Below are positions 1 through 12,818 of a stretch of DNA of 64,000 nt, piece after piece. The translations under genes were made by a program, and so were the position numbers. A model generated the notes under the pieces. It saw only the letters and a program-made list of their open reading frames with translations, did not search any database and was not told the DNA's origin. Every line of letters starts with the position of its first letter. Positions within the stretch are counted from its first letter, which is position 1. Source of the DNA: Emiliania huxleyi CCMP1516 (lineage: Eukaryota); NCBI RefSeq assembly GCF_000372725.1, contig NW_005201732.1, positions 124,001 to 188,000 on the forward strand. The letters run 5' to 3'.

Positions 1-2
1 AG

Positions 3-95
3 AGCGCGAACTCGCCGTACTGAGCCTAGCGCAGCGCGAACTCGCCGTCTGAGCCTCGTAGCGGAGCGCGAACTCGCCGTCTGAGCCTCGTACGG
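3..95. repeat. short tandem repeat (~31-32 bp unit, 3 copies)
   Basis: agcgcgaactcgccgt(a)ctgagcct occurs three times at the window start. Confidence 0.8.
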
Positions 96-396
96 AGGAG
101 CTCGAATTTTTTTTTTTCGGTCCCCACGCCGAAACGGGTGCGGCCCTCTTCCGCTGGAGGGCCGCGGTCTTCTCTCTTTTTGGCTCGCCTTCGTGCATGC
201 TCGAGCCCGTCGCGGTCTCTCTCCTCTTCCTCTCCGCCAGCGTCGCTGCTGTCGCCGTGGCGGGTGCGGCGCTCGCCGCCGCCACCGCCTGCGTCTGCCA
301 CGGCTGCCTGCTGGAACCAGACGAGCCGAGGAGGGAGGCTCATCCTTTCTTCTCGCTCCCCTTCTCAGACCGCACGGACCACGGGATCAGCCTCTC

Positions 397-2778
397 ATGA
401 CCGGCGAACACTCTGACCTGCAGCGCGGCCTCCTCGCGCCGCCGTCTTCACTCCGCTTCGGGAGCAAGCGGCTCGCCGGAATCGCCGTCCTCGCAGCATC
501 CTCCATCGCAGCCATCCTCGTATCGCGCACCTGGGCCATCGTGGCGGTCGCGTTCATCGCAGCGCGCGATCCACAGAGCAGTTCGCAGCTGCAGCAGCCA
601 CAGAGCAGCTCGCAGATGCAGATGCAGCAGCCTCCGCCTTCGCCACCGCCCTGCGCCCGCCAGATCTGGGTCATCCGGCACGGCGAGAAGTCGCCCCACC
701 CTGCGCCGGGCTCTCCAGAGGTGCACGGGCTCAACGCGACCGGCTGGAGCCGCGCCTCGCACCTCGCCCGCCTCGTCGAGTCGGGCCACTGGCCGCGCTT
801 CGTCGCTCTCTTTGCGTCAGACCCGGGCCGGCCGCCTTTTGCCCTGCGAGAGGTGTGCAGGGCAGGCCACTTCCTCCATGTCCGCCCCTCCTCCCTCTGC
901 AGCGCCGCCGCCCGCGACAGGTGCAGACCGTGCAGCCGCTCGCCGCGCTGCTCGGCCTCCCTGTCAACGACTCGTTTGCCCAGAGCGAGGGCGAGCAGCT
1001 CGCGGCGGCGGCCCTCCTCGCGGCGCGCGACCGCTGCGGCGCCGTCCTACTCAGCTGGGAGCACTGCCGCATCCCCGCGCTGCTGCGGGCGCTGGGCTGC
1101 GGTGCGGAGGTCGAGATGCGGAAGACATTTCCCGCATTCCCCTTCGTATTCCCGCGAGTCGCAGGGATGCTGGGCACCGAGCTCAGCCCCGCGTCTCCCC
1201 ACCCCAGGCGCGGAGCACTGTCTCCGCTGCTGGCCCGACGGCGAGTACGACCGAGTCGAGCGGGTCGAGCTGCTGCTGCGGGAGGAGCCGAGCGGTGCCC
1301 TGGCCCCGCCGCCGCCCCCGCCTGGCCTTCCTCCGCAAAAGACCGTCTCGGAGCCTTCTCGGAGCCTTCTCGGAGCCTTCTCGGAGCCTTCTCGGAGCCT
1401 TCTCGGAGCCTTCTCGGAGCCTTCTCGGAACCTGCTCGGACCCTTCCCGCAGGTGCGCCCGCCTGGCGGGTGCGCGCGATGCCGCCGGCGGCCGAGGGGT
1501 TCGGCGGCGACGTGGAGGGGTACCGCGGGTACGAGTGCGTCGACCCGGCGCACGTGGCAACCACGCGGTGCGTGATGCCGGACGGGACAGAGCTGCGGCC
1601 GCCCCTCCGCGGCGAGGCCCCTCGCGTCTTGGACATGGCTTCGGGGCGGGAGGCGGGGCGGGAGGCGGGGCGGGAGGTGGGCCGGCGGGCCGCCGCAGCA
1701 CGCGACGCGCCGCGGGGCGAGCCGGCCCTCGCTGCGCCCCGTCCGCCCTTCGACTGCCTTACCCGCGAGGCGTGGGGCGGCGCCAAGCGGGCGTGGTGCT
1801 GCGCGCACGAGAGGCTCGGCTGCGCGGGATTGGGGGCGGCCCTGGCCGAAGGCGGCGGCGGGCTGGCCCCGCCGCGGCTCGAGACTGGCGATCTCGTGTT
1901 TGTGCGCCCCGCCGCCGACGCGTCGGAGCTCGACAAAGCCGGCCCCCATGACCACCTTCCATGTGCTCCAGGCCTCCCCCCTCTCCCCCCACTCTTGCCA
2001 CGCGTTTAGCGCAGCCTAACCGCGTCCGCCGCGCGCCCCTCGCCCCGCCCGAGACCGTGACGCGGCCCACCAGGCCATCCTCGCGACGGGGGCGGCGACT
2101 GTGCTGTGGTGGCGCTCCCACGGCGTCAACGCGTCCAACGAGACGGCACGCGCCGCACACTAGCGCCCGCGCAACTTCGGAACCTTCTCGGAACCTTCTC
2201 GGAACATCCCCGCAGGCATGGCACGTCGCCCTCGCGCAGCGCGACGCGAGCGGTGCCCCTCTCCCGCACTCGTTTTGATGGCGCGCCCCACCCCGTCGGG
2301 GATCACGGCCCGAGAGCTGCGGCTAGGCGCGCTACACTTCGTCGAGGCGACTCCGCCCGCCGTCGTCGTCACGCCGGCGGCCGACTTTTGGCGGCGCGCC
2401 AGCCACGCGACTCTGTACGCCGGCCGCCTCGTCGGCGCGAGGATGCGTGCGCTCGGCGCCGCCGCCACGCAGGCCGCGAGCGCGCAGGCGGGCACGCCGT
2501 ACGCGAGCGACTTCGAGCCGCCGCCCGCCAAGTTTTACTGCAGCTCGCTGGTGGAGTGGGCCTTCGGCGTCGCCGCCGGCGAGAAGAGCGTCTTCCTGCC
2601 GCCGGGCCTCACGTTCAAGCTGCTGTTCGAGCCGCTCGGCTTCTGGGAGCGGTACTACCACGGCCTGAACCAGAGCTTGCCGGTCAACGTGAGCGGTTCC
2701 AACCCCACGCTCCTGCTCCACAGCCCGGCGGTCCGTTTCACGACCCTCCGTCCGGAGGACGTCGTGGCGAATCTGTGA
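397..2778 (+). CDS. multi-exon membrane-anchored/secreted protein: histidine phosphatase-like domain fused to a permuted papain-like amidase (YiiX/YebB NlpC/P60) domain
   Basis: ATG at 397, then a hydrophobic segment LAGIAVLAASSIAAILV. IWVIRHGEK is the RHG motif, followed by (intron 853-920) EVQTVQPLAALLGL and LLSWEHCRIP. Later exons give GDLVFVR, WHVALA, HFVEATP and FYCSSLVEWAF, with stop at 2778. Several internal exon boundaries are approximate. Confidence 0.6.
1347..1440. repeat. intronic 11-bp minisatellite (ctcggagcctt)n
   Basis: About 7-8 near-perfect copies. Related units occur at 2175-2205 and, reverse-complemented, at 21030-21063. Confidence 0.9.
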
Positions 2779-3065
2779 CGGACACTGCGACATTGCGACT
2801 ACGTCAGTCAAAAAGTAAAAGATGACAGGGCCACGGTGTTGTCATGGGTGTTCTGTTGTGAGCGCGGAGATCGAACACTAGAGAGACGCGTGGGGCGGCT
2901 GTGGCCTGTGGAGCGCGGTGGCGCATGATATGAAAATGATTGTATTGAATGATGGGTCAAAGTGAATAATCGGCATGTGTGTACGGCTCTATGGGGGCAT
3001 AGCGGCGGCCTCGTCCGCCTCCGTCCGCGAGGTGCTGCTCGTGTACACACGCGCCTCTCTTCACA

Positions 3066-6000
3066 CTTCACAGCGCGGATGGGGGTACGGGTAGCGAGAG
3101 GAGCAGTACGCGCGCGTGGAGTCCTTGAAGCGGTCGATGCGGAATTTAACGCCGCGCGTGTCCGGGCACTGCCGTGCGAGGGCCTCCACGACCTTGACGT
3201 AGTCCCCGACCGCCAGCGCAGACTCCGCCCCCTCCACCCCCGGCAGCCGGCACGTTGCTCTCCGCCTCTGCCCACGCGCCGTTCAGCTCGGCCGCAAACT
3301 CGACGCCAGGCTCCGGAGGGTAGAGAGGGGGGGGAGGCCAGTGGGAGTGCGGAGCCGCGGAGGGCAGCGCGAGGCCGCCATGCAGGCCTCCCACATCGCG
3401 CGCGAGGTCCTCGAGCATCGGCCCGCGATCGACGCGAGGGACGGTGGTCGGTCCCACATCCCGTGGCTCGCATCCTCGCTATGCATATCGCCCGCCCACG
3501 TGCTGCTCAACGCGTCTGACGCGAGCCTAAGGTCAGGCTCCGCAGAGGGGTAGGGCGGAGAGGTGCAGGGCGGAAGGGAGAAATGCAAGCTCGAGCCGAG
3601 CGATGCTTCCGGAGTGCTGGGGCTCCACGGCTTGGGAGGCGGGCGGCGCAGCGAAGAGAGCCTCGTGCAAGTTGATCCCAAGGTTGTCGGTCAGCGCCCG
3701 GACCTCCGCAAACGGGGACGTGTCCATCGACAAGTCCCCACTCGTGAAGCGGTCGCGGGCGGGTCTGCGGAGGCCCTCGTCTTCGGGCCCTCCCTCCTCG
3801 TCCAGCTCGCTGTACGCCGCAACCCGACCATGAACCCGACGAGCGGAGGGCGCTGCTGCTTCTCGTGGCGCGCGCGGGTCGCCGCCGCCGCCGCCTCGGG
3901 CGCGTCGGCGACAGGCTCGCTGTGGCTGACGCGAGGGGCGCGACCCTTGGTCGTTCCCTGCCATGCCTGCCGCCGAGCATGTCGAGGGCCCGGGCTCCCC
4001 TCGAGGTCATGCTCACGCACATGCCGCCTCGGCGCTTCCGCGGAGCTCTCCCTCGAAGATGACAACCGCGACGAGTCTTCCGGCAACGACATGTTCACGA
4101 ACAGCTGCTGCCCTCCTGCTGCCTTCCTTCTCGCCCTCCCACGCCGCACGCGGGTCCGCACGCAGGAGAGCAGACAGCAACTCAACAAGAGCCCCCCGGC
4201 CGCAGCCACCCCAACCCGCTCGACGCAGCTCAGCTGCGTCGAGCGGTCGCGCGGCGACGATGCCGCCCAGGGCATTCCAACTGGCATCAGCGGAGACGAG
4301 CCAGGCCTCCGTGAGCTCGGCGACTGCGTACGAGTAGCTGCCGGGCTCTTGCGGCGGGGCGGACGGCGGCGACGACGGCGGGGGTGGCGGTGGCGGCGGC
4401 GGCGGCGGCGCGGGCGGCGGCGGCACTGGTGGAGGCTGTGGGGGCTGCGCGGGCGGCGGAGATGGTAAAGGCGGCGCTGGTGGCGGGGGTGTTGGCGGCG
4501 GCGAGGGCGCCGGCAGTGAGGGCGGCGCGGGCGGCAGTAGCGGCAGCGGTGGAGGAAGTGGTGAAGGCGGAGGAGGCCACGACGGTGAAGGTGGCGTCGG
4601 TGAGGGCGGCGGCGAGAGCGGCGGCAGGGAGGGCGGCTCCGAGGGCGGCGGCGGGGGCGGCGGCAGGGAGGGCGGCTCCGAGGGCGGCGGCGGGGGCGGC
4701 GGCAGGGAGGGCGGCTCCGAGGGCGGCGGCGAGGGCGAGGGTGGCGGCGGTGATGGAGGAAGCGGCGGCGAGGGCGGTAGCGACGGTGGTTGATGGTGGC
4801 CTGGGAACCAAGGAGGGGGGGACGCTGGCGGCGGCGAGGGGGGCGGCGGCGGCGAGAGCGGCGGCGGCGAGGGCGGCGGCGAGGGCGGCGGCGGCGAGGG
4901 CGGCGGCGGCGAGGGCGGCGGTGGTGATGGTGGTGGGGGAGAGGGTGGCGGCGACGGCGTCGGTGACGGCGGCAATGCTGGCGGCGGCGGCAGAGCTGGC
5001 GGCGTCCCCGGGGGCGGGTGTGGAGGCGGGGGTGGCTGTGGAGGCGGCGGGGGCGCCTGTGGAGGCGACACCGGCGGGGTGGGAGGCGATTGTGGCGGCG
5101 GCGGTGATGGTGGCGAGGGTGGCGGCGACGTGGGTGGAGGCGAGGGTGGCGGATGCGGCCAGGTGTAGTCCGCCGGGACAAGCTCCGGGATCGAGCTCCG
5201 GGAGCGACTCGTACCCGACCGAGGTCGAGCAGACGTCGGAGGCCGCCGCATAGCGTGACTGCAGGCCGGCGTCGATCCACACCTTGTGCGTCGACGTGTC
5301 CGCGCATGCCGTCGCCACGTAGATCGTAGTTGATGAAGACATAGCCCTATAGCCCTTGCACCACGTGCGCGCGTTCCAGGCACACAAGAGGCCGCTCTCC
5401 TGGCGCAAGCCCAGCGTCGTGAGCCTGATCTCGTGGGCGGTCGGCCCTCCGCTCCCCGGCAGCTCGAGGATCGTCACCTCTGCAGCGAAGCAGCCCGGCT
5501 TCCGGCAGGCGACCTTCACGTTGTTGCGAGTGGGCGCGTGGGCGGACGGAAGCAGGTTGCCGAGGGCGTCGCACGAGCACGAGGACCGCCTCCTCCGCCG
5601 CACTCATGCTCCAGCCTTGCAGTGTCCGGCCGGCACGGCCGAGGTCGAGGACAAACACCACCGTGCACCAAGTCGTGATTCGGCAGGAGCGGCGGCGGCG
5701 GAGGCGACGGCGGCAGCGGCGGTGCTGCCGGGTGCGGGTGCGGTGGAGGCGAAGGCGGTGGCGGTGGAGGCGGGCTGGGTCTCGGCGGCGGCGGCGGCGG
5801 CGGCGGAGATGGGTACGGCGGTAGCGATGGTGGCGGTGGCGGCGCTGCCGGTGGCGAAATAGGAGAGGGAGGCGGCGACGGCGGCGCCGAGGGCAGCGGA
5901 GGCGAGGGCGGTGAACGGGGAGGAAAAGGCGGCGAAGTGGGAGGCCTGGGTGGAAGTGGTGGAGCGGGTGGCGGTGGAACGGGGGCGAAGCGGGGAGGGA

Positions 6001-6124
6001 ACGGCGGATGCGGATGCGGATGCGGATGCGGAGGCGGATGCTTTGCCGCTGCTGCGTGACGAGGGGCAGTGTGGACGGGAGGCGACCCGGCACCAGGCAG
6101 CAGCGCCGACAACCCCGGCCACAT
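3066..6124 (-). CDS. proline-rich (SPPP, extensin/pherophorin-like) probable membrane-anchored surface protein; frame discontinuities, so possibly a pseudogene or a mis-assembly
   Basis: Long PPSPPP tracts at 4360-5160 and 5690-6040 flank a Cys-containing globular segment (5200-5600). A TM-like VGVAAAGGLLLSCCLLSCV plus RRGRARRK lies at ~4130-4220. The pieces lie in different frames. Confidence 0.4.
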
Positions 6125-7061
6125 TGGGCAGCGGCGACTTGTCGTGGACTGCAGCGGCGACTTTTATGGGCTTCTGTGTTCATAGTAGCGTGCACGTTGC
6201 GGAGTAAAATTCTCTTTCGCGCTCACAGGCACCGTTTACAATTGTATTATACTCCGACACATCGAAAGTGGAGCGAAAACTCAGCCTTGAGTTCTCAGCG
6301 CCCTCACGGCCCGCCGATGGCAAACCCGACTCCCTCCATCCGTGTGGCGCCGCCCGATGGTGCCGGGAACCCTATTCCGGAGCGATTTCCCCTAGGGTTA
6401 GCGCCGAAAAAGCCGGGCCCCTTAGCTCCGGCTAGGGCTGCGGGGCCTCCGAAGCCGACCCGAGGAAGGGCCGACTTAAGGGTTAGTATAGCGGGCCGAT
6501 AAGGCCGCCCACACCCGCGAGGATGGCTGTGTGTTTGCCTCCCCGACTCGGACGGCCGCCTCAGAGGGCGGGAGTGCTTCCTATCGCCCTCTCACCCGCG
6601 GGTGATGGCCGAGTCCACGGAGCCGCACGCTGCCTCTCCTTCGACGCAAGGCTCCGACTTCTATAGAGAAAACCCCATCTGCACCAGCGTTTTAAAGTGA
6701 GATCGTCAAGAGAAATCGATGCCCCGGGCTGGGCTTTGGGGTAGGCAGCCACCTTTTTGAAGGTGAGGCGTATCTGCCGACCTGTGAAGACGCTTTACTT
6801 GCGAGCAGTGCGTCGACCAGATGGCGCGAGGGCACCGCAACATGGCTAAGGAGGCAGGGAAGCTTCTGCTCCGAGACGGCCGCTCAGGACCGCAAAATGG
6901 TGTTCCTGAAGGTTGTGTTAGTCGGGCTGGCCAGTCCCCGGGGCCTGACGGTCCAATGTTTCCCTCAAGAGTACTTCTCCCCTACGCCACCCTTCCACTT
7001 TAAGATGTGTCGGACCATACACCCGCTTTGCCTCGCCGGCTCGCCGGGGCCCGGGGGCGCA

Positions 7062-8195
7062 ATGTGGATGTGGCTTCACCTCGCCAGCCTCACGGCGGCC
7101 TGCCGGCCTCCGGTCTCCGAGACGCGCTTCGCGCGTCTCGCTGCCGCCGCCATCTCCACCGGCCGGCCGCTCCGGCTCACAAACCGGAGCGTGCAGCTTC
7201 ACGCTCCCTTCCGGCTGCGCTCGAGCCAGCGGCTGACAATCGTCGGCGGCGACTTCCACGGCGACGGCCACTCCCTCTTCCAAGTCGAGGGCTCACGGCA
7301 GGGCCTCCTCGACCTGCGCGGCGTGCGGCTCCTCCACGCCTCCTCGGCGGAGCGCTCTGAACGGCGCGAGAGTGTGGCCGCGAGAAAGCGCCCCCTTCAT
7401 GTGGCATCAGCCGGGTTTAAACCACCCAGGCGCGCGCGCGGCGCCGCCATCTTTGTGCGAGGCAAGGGGCAGCTGGCGCTCGAGCGGTGCGAGCTGTCCT
7501 CTGAGACGGGCTTCGGCCTCTGGCTAGTCCAGCGGGCGCGGGCGGCGGCGCGAGACAGCCACTTTCACGGCGGCCGCCGCTCGTCCATCGTGGCGTTTGA
7601 GCAGGCGAGCCACGCGAGCGGGGGCGGTGCGCGGGAGGAGGCATGGGGCGGAGTGCGGCTGCCCTCGCTTCGTAGGCAAGCTTGGACCTGCTCGGCTCGC
7701 GCCTGAGCGGCGCGGCGCCGCACGCCATCTGCGCACGCGGCGAGACGCGGCTGGCGGTGAGCGGCCGATGTCGGCATATCTCGGTGGCCTCGGCGGCAGG
7801 CCGACGAGGCTTCTGCTGCTAGGTGCGGCGCTGCACGATCGACGGTTCTGCGGTGCGCGCCATCTACGCGTATCACTCGGCCAGCCTCGAGGTGTCGGAC
7901 TGCTCCATCAGCGGGACACGCTCGGCGGAGGTGGGGGCGGTCGAGGCGGAGGCGGTGCTGAGAACGGCGTCTCTTCACTAGCGCACAACTTGGACAGGCG
8001 GCAGCGGTGGAGGTGGAGGCGCTGAGGCCGACGGACTGCGCCTCGCTCTCGCTGTCGGGCAACGCGTTTGCAGACAACGCCGGAGGGGACCTCGCCGTCC
8101 GGGGCAACGTGCATCGCCAGGGCGGCGCGGTCGTCGGCGCGGGGGCGGCGGCGGGCGACGAGAGTGGTGCTGACCCACGGCGGTTGTCGACGTAG
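7062..8195 (+). CDS. right-handed parallel beta-helix (pectin lyase-like fold) protein, multi-exon
   Basis: Signal-like MWMWLHLASLTAAC, then beta-helix-type strands GAAIFVRGKGQLALERCELSSETGFGLWLV, VRRCTIDGSAVRAIYAYHSASLEV and LSLSGNAFADNAGGDL. Confidence 0.55.
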
Positions 8196-8343
8196 AGGAA
8201 GGATATGGGTGAGTTCACGCTTTAAAATATACCGAATTTCTTTCCAGTGCGCGCCAGTCCCGTGGCAGGAGTTTCGTGGACAAAAAATTCTTTCCCGACG
8301 GATACCGCACGGGCACCACATCTTCGCCCCCGAACACACACAT

Positions 8344-9497
8344 ATGCTCTTCCCCCGCTTCGGCCGCCGCCTCTTCTCCACATTGCCCGCCGCCACCGAG
8401 TCGTCGCTACCGCTGGAGGGTCAGGTCGCCTGGGTGGTTGGTGGGGTTGGCATTGTCGGCTCAGGGATTGCACACGGGCTGCTCGCTGCCGGCGCCACCG
8501 TGATCGTGAACTCTCGCCACGAGCAGCGGCTGGAGAAGATCAGCGAGGCGATGGGCCACCCGGCTCGCCTCGTCACCGTTGGCGCCTCCATGCTGCCGGG
8601 CCGCGCCGAGATTACCGTGGAGCAAGTCATGGATATGACCTCGAACCAACTCGACCACGTCGTGGCACATGCGGGCGGGCGGCCGTGGGCGAGCGGCGGC
8701 GGCGACGAGACGTCGACCACCTACAACCGCGGCAGCGTCCTCCACATTCCGGCCGACGAATACGCCTCCGCCGCGTCGCAGCTCGGCTCCTTCCACTTTG
8801 CCGCGGCGAGCCTGCTTCTGCCGCGGCTCACTGATGCGGGCAAAGGGTCCTACACCTTTGTCACGAGCAGCACCTCCGCCGCCTGGGGGCCTCGATCGTA
8901 CATGACCCAGGTCAACTCATACGGCGTGATGGGCCTCGCAGGCGGCCCGGCGAGCGCTCTCGCCCACTTGACTCCCACCGCACTCCCCACCCCTCTCCCA
9001 CCGCCCTGCGGCTGCGCGCACCCCTCTCCCACCCTCCCCACCCCTCTCCCACCGCCCTGCGCGCGCCCCTCTCCCACCACCCCTCTCCCCACCCCTCTCC
9101 CACCGCCCTGCGCCCTAGGCGCTCTGCGTCGCGAGGCAAAGGACGCGGGATGGGCGTCGCGCGTCGGTGGCCTGGATGTGCCGGGCGGAGGCCTGCCGGA
9201 CGCTTTCCCTGGAAGCTGCCCTGAACCTTCCGCGTAGGCGAGCTGCGGCTCGGCAGCGGGCTGAAGCTCGACCGGCCAGAGGTGCACAGCGGCGAGCCCC
9301 AGAGGTCCACGACACACCTCTCTGAGCCGTCTCTGAGCCCTGCTGCGCAGGCGGAGCGGGAGAGCGAGCCTCGGGAGCGGCCACTCAGCCACACGATCGG
9401 CAGCGTGGTGGCGGGGATGGCGGCCAAGGGCGCAGGCGGCCTCGTGCAGGCCGACGACATGCCGGAGCTGCTGCGGCTGGAACAGGAGCTCCGCTGA
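8344..9497 (+). CDS. short-chain dehydrogenase/reductase family protein with probable mitochondrial presequence
   Basis: Presequence MLFPRFGRRLFST. Rossmann motif VAWVVGGVGIVGSGIAHGLLAAGATVIVNSR, then LDHVVAHAG. Introns at ~8942-9118 and ~9166-9237. Confidence 0.75.
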
Positions 9498-10538
9498 ACG
9501 CTCTGGGCAGTCTGCTGGCATGTAGAGAGAGAGCGGCGCGCGTCGTCGTCCTCTGGCTACTTTAGCGGGAGCTGACGCTGCGCGAGTGGAGGCGCGTGCG
9601 CTGCCGCCGCTGGCAAGCGGATCGTCCCAGCTGCGCACCTTCCGGGCGTATGGCCCCTGAGTGTGATTTTTTGCGTCAATTTGTTGGGTGCTCTCCGGAA
9701 ATATCTCGCGCTGTGTGTGTACGTGTGTGTGTGTGGTGTGTCGTGCGCTCCCTCCGCCGGCACGCACTACTCCCGCCGTCCGTCAAGTCTCTCCGCGCAG
9801 GACCCCCTCCGCACATGAAGTCATGGACATAGGACATGCACATATGATAATATTATCATTTATCTTTATGCCCGGATGCGGAATCTCGCATAAATACGAT
9901 CATGCACATGGACATGCTTCAATGGTTGAATGATGAATCATGCGCCCCGAGATGCCCGCAGGTCTCACGTCTCAGGTCTGGTCCCGCGCCGCTCCAGACA
10001 CCAGAGCTCCAGAGACACCAGAGACACCAGAGCCCGGCTCCCGGTCCCGCGCGGGGGGGGGGTGGGAGGGGGCAGGGGCGTGTGAGAGTGGATACAGCTT
10101 ACAGGATAAGAGCTAGAGAGATGAGAGTAAATAAATAAATAAAACGGACAAGGAGATGGGTAAAAAGGAACAGGTCCCCGCCCTGCGGTCTTTGTGCAGG
10201 GTTCTTTGTGGGTGTGGTCGGCGACTAGCCGGGGTCGTCCTCCCGATGGGGGACTGACACAGACATTCGTCACATTGCTCATTCCCGGACTACCGACTAG
10301 CAGCTAGCACTAGCCGTGAGATGAGAGTGCGCGTGGCGTCGCGAAAGTTTTCGTTTTATCATGGCCCCCAGGGGAGATCTCCAGAGATGGACAAAGGACA
10401 GCGCGAAGGCACGAGGAGGCAGGCCGCCCGCCCGGGCACACCAAAGCTACATCTAGCATGTAGACGCCGGGACCTCTCACACTCTTCGGCCAGCCCCGTG
10501 GCGCGGGGGTCGTGGTGTGGCGCTCTCTCCTTTGCTCC

Positions 10539-11880
10539 TCACTGGCGCACCGCCTCGATGAGGCGCGAGAAGTAGAAGTTCGTGCCCGTCATCTCGGTGC
10601 GCGACGGGGCGAAGCCGGCTTCGGAGAGCGCCTGCGCAGCGGGGGCTCGACGCCTCACGATGCGAGAGGCTCCTTCTTGGCCGTCGCAGTATGATCTGCT
10701 GGCCATCGGACTACGAACTGCAGCCGGGCCGAGGTGGAGCCGAGCAGCTAAGGCTGCTCAGGTCCACGAGTGGCAGCAGGCGGGCGTGTATAAGGCGTGT
10801 GGCATAACTGCCCCAGGCTGCTCTCCGACTTGAGGGCGGCGTCCGGTCTCGGGGAATCTCGGATCGTCTCGCTCGCCTTGAGGACGGCCTCCTCGGTGTG
10901 CAAGTAGGCGCGCGTCGTCTTGGACGGGCCCGGGAAGAGCTCGCCTGCGCGCGCGGCGGCGGCGGGCGTCGGCGGAGAGGCCGCTGCAGCCTTGGCCGGC
11001 GGCAGGCGGCGGCGGTGGCCCACCGAAGCGCTTGAGGGCGCGGTAGTACCACGTGTCCGGCGCGAAGGAGAGGATGAGCCGCTCCTTTGCGATGCCGCCG
11101 AGGTGCCCCACCATGCCCGCCTACGTTCCCACCCCGGCGGTCGTCAGGACTGGGGCTCCTCTGCCCTGAGGCTCCTCTGCCCGCTGGCCGGGCAGGGCGG
11201 CGGCGGGCGCGCCATCTTTTCGGGCGGGTAGTGGATCATGACGTCGATGCACGAGACGGTGTCGTACTCGCCGCTGAGCGACTCGAGGTCCGACGTCGAG
11301 AAGGACGCGCGCTCGCTCAGGCCCAAGTCCGCCGCACGCCGCTCTGCCTCGGACGCCATCGCGCCCGCGATGTCCGAGGCGACGACGGTCGCGCCGCGCT
11401 GGGCGAGCGGAATGGCGAGCGAGCCGACGCCGCAGCCGGCGTCGCACCAGGTGCCGTCGGACAGGGACTCCCTCCCGTCCGAGTCGACCCATTTCAGGAT
11501 CTTGTCCACCGTCTGCCCGTGGCCAGTCCTGATGTCCAGCTGCAGCGCAGCGGCAAGGGCGGGCGGCCGTGGTGACCGAAGGCGCGGGCGGGCGGTGGGC
11601 GGGAGCGCGGCGAGAGGCGACGCGCTGCGGTGGCGGCGGGGGCCGTGGTGGCGGCGGTCGCGGGCTTCCGATGCACCTGCACCGCGTTGACCTCGCCGTC
11701 CTCCGAGTAGATGCGGTTCCAGCGGTTGAAGCCCTCGTTGTTGAAGTACTCCTCGACCTCTGACTTGTCATCGACGCAGACGGGCGAGGCGGCACGCGAG
11801 GCGGCGAGGCAGCGCGGAGGCGCGTGGGGCGCGTGGGGCACCGTGAGCCCGAGTATAGTGGAGGCTGCGAGCTGCAGCAT
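10539..11880 (-). CDS. chlM: magnesium-protoporphyrin IX O-methyltransferase, plastid-targeted, multi-exon
   Basis: VEEYFNNEGFNRWNRIYS, DIRTGHGQTVDKIL, CDAGCGVGSLAIPLA, CIDVMIHYP, RLILSFAP, GELFPGPSKTTRAYLH and FYFSRLIEA are all ChlM signature segments. Confidence 0.93.
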
Positions 11881-11936
11881 AATGGATTTCCGTCGAAAAG
11901 AAATCGGGGTCGCCACGCTGGCCGAGGACACGGTCG

Positions 11937-12495
11937 TCAAGATGACTCAGAGGAGGACGAACCAGTGGAAATCCAGTTGTCAGATGTCACGATGCATCCG
12001 AAGGGGACCCCAGCGCCGGCATCATCCGTAGAGGCACGAGTGTTCGAAGAGAGAGTGGACCTGAGCAACAACATGACTTGGAGGCAAATGATCGGAGTGG
12101 GAGTCAGAAATGTGGTCCTTGCGCGAGGGGAGCTCGATAGACTCGAGGGGCCAGGATACGCCGCAAGGAGGACGGAGTTGCGCCGAGAGGCGAAAGAAGC
12201 CGCGAGAACAAGGGACAGGCAGGCGGCGGCGTCGCAGGATGAGGCAGAAGAGAACGACGCGACAGAGGAGGAAGTGACAAGGGAGAGAACGACGAGAGTG
12301 GGACAGCCGCGAGGTGGCATGAAGGTTGCAGCGAGAATCGGCGAGAGACTGCGAAGAGAGATAGGAAGAGGCAGACTCCCTAGGGTGGGCGACGGATAGC
12401 GCACCACACACCTCTCCTTAAAATCCCTGTGTGGTGGCGGCGTGCCGTCCTCCCATCCCTCCCTTGGGTTGTCTGTTTTCTTTCTTTCTTTCTTT
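11937..12495 (+). mobile_element. dispersed repeat remnant, probably the 3' end of a non-LTR retroelement ending in a (tttc)n tail
   Basis: Shares segments with 53085-53196 (gagagaacga..gagagtggga..cgcgaggtggcatgaaggt), 54260-54425, 41490-41535 and, inverted, 13916-14000. Confidence 0.5.
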
Positions 12496-12818
12496 ACACG
12501 GTCGTCAACACAGACACCATCCGGGTGGGCCATCTCGTGAGTGCCGTGCCGCAAAACTGTCGAAAAGGAGGTCGAGGCCGCGGGGGGGGGCGGGCGGCGG
12601 CGTGGAGGGCGAGAGGGCGTGGCGGCGAAATGAGGCGCTAGCGCGAGAAAAAGAAGGCGCGGCGGGCCCGGCGCGAAAGAGGCCAGCCGCGCCGGAATTT
12701 GCCGCTGTCGTGTTCGGCGCATACTTTCTTCTCAGGGACAGGGTGTGTGCTGTGCGAGGTCCATCTATGCACCCTTGCTGTGAGCTTGTGCTGTGCAAGA
12801 GCACGGCACAATTCGCTG

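Noticed and set aside
1347..1440. Regular repeats as a possible CRISPR array (also 34241-34336, 47807-47970)
   Set aside because: Units are contiguous with no unique spacers, lie within eukaryotic introns, and no cas genes are present.
6380..6760. Telomere-like agggttag words and an LDDLTL peptide suggesting an RT remnant
   Set aside because: Only isolated words, with no tandem TTAGGG array and no other RT motifs.
9844..9859. Perfect 16-bp palindrome atgataatattatcat
   Set aside because: Isolated AT-rich palindrome with no supporting element structure.
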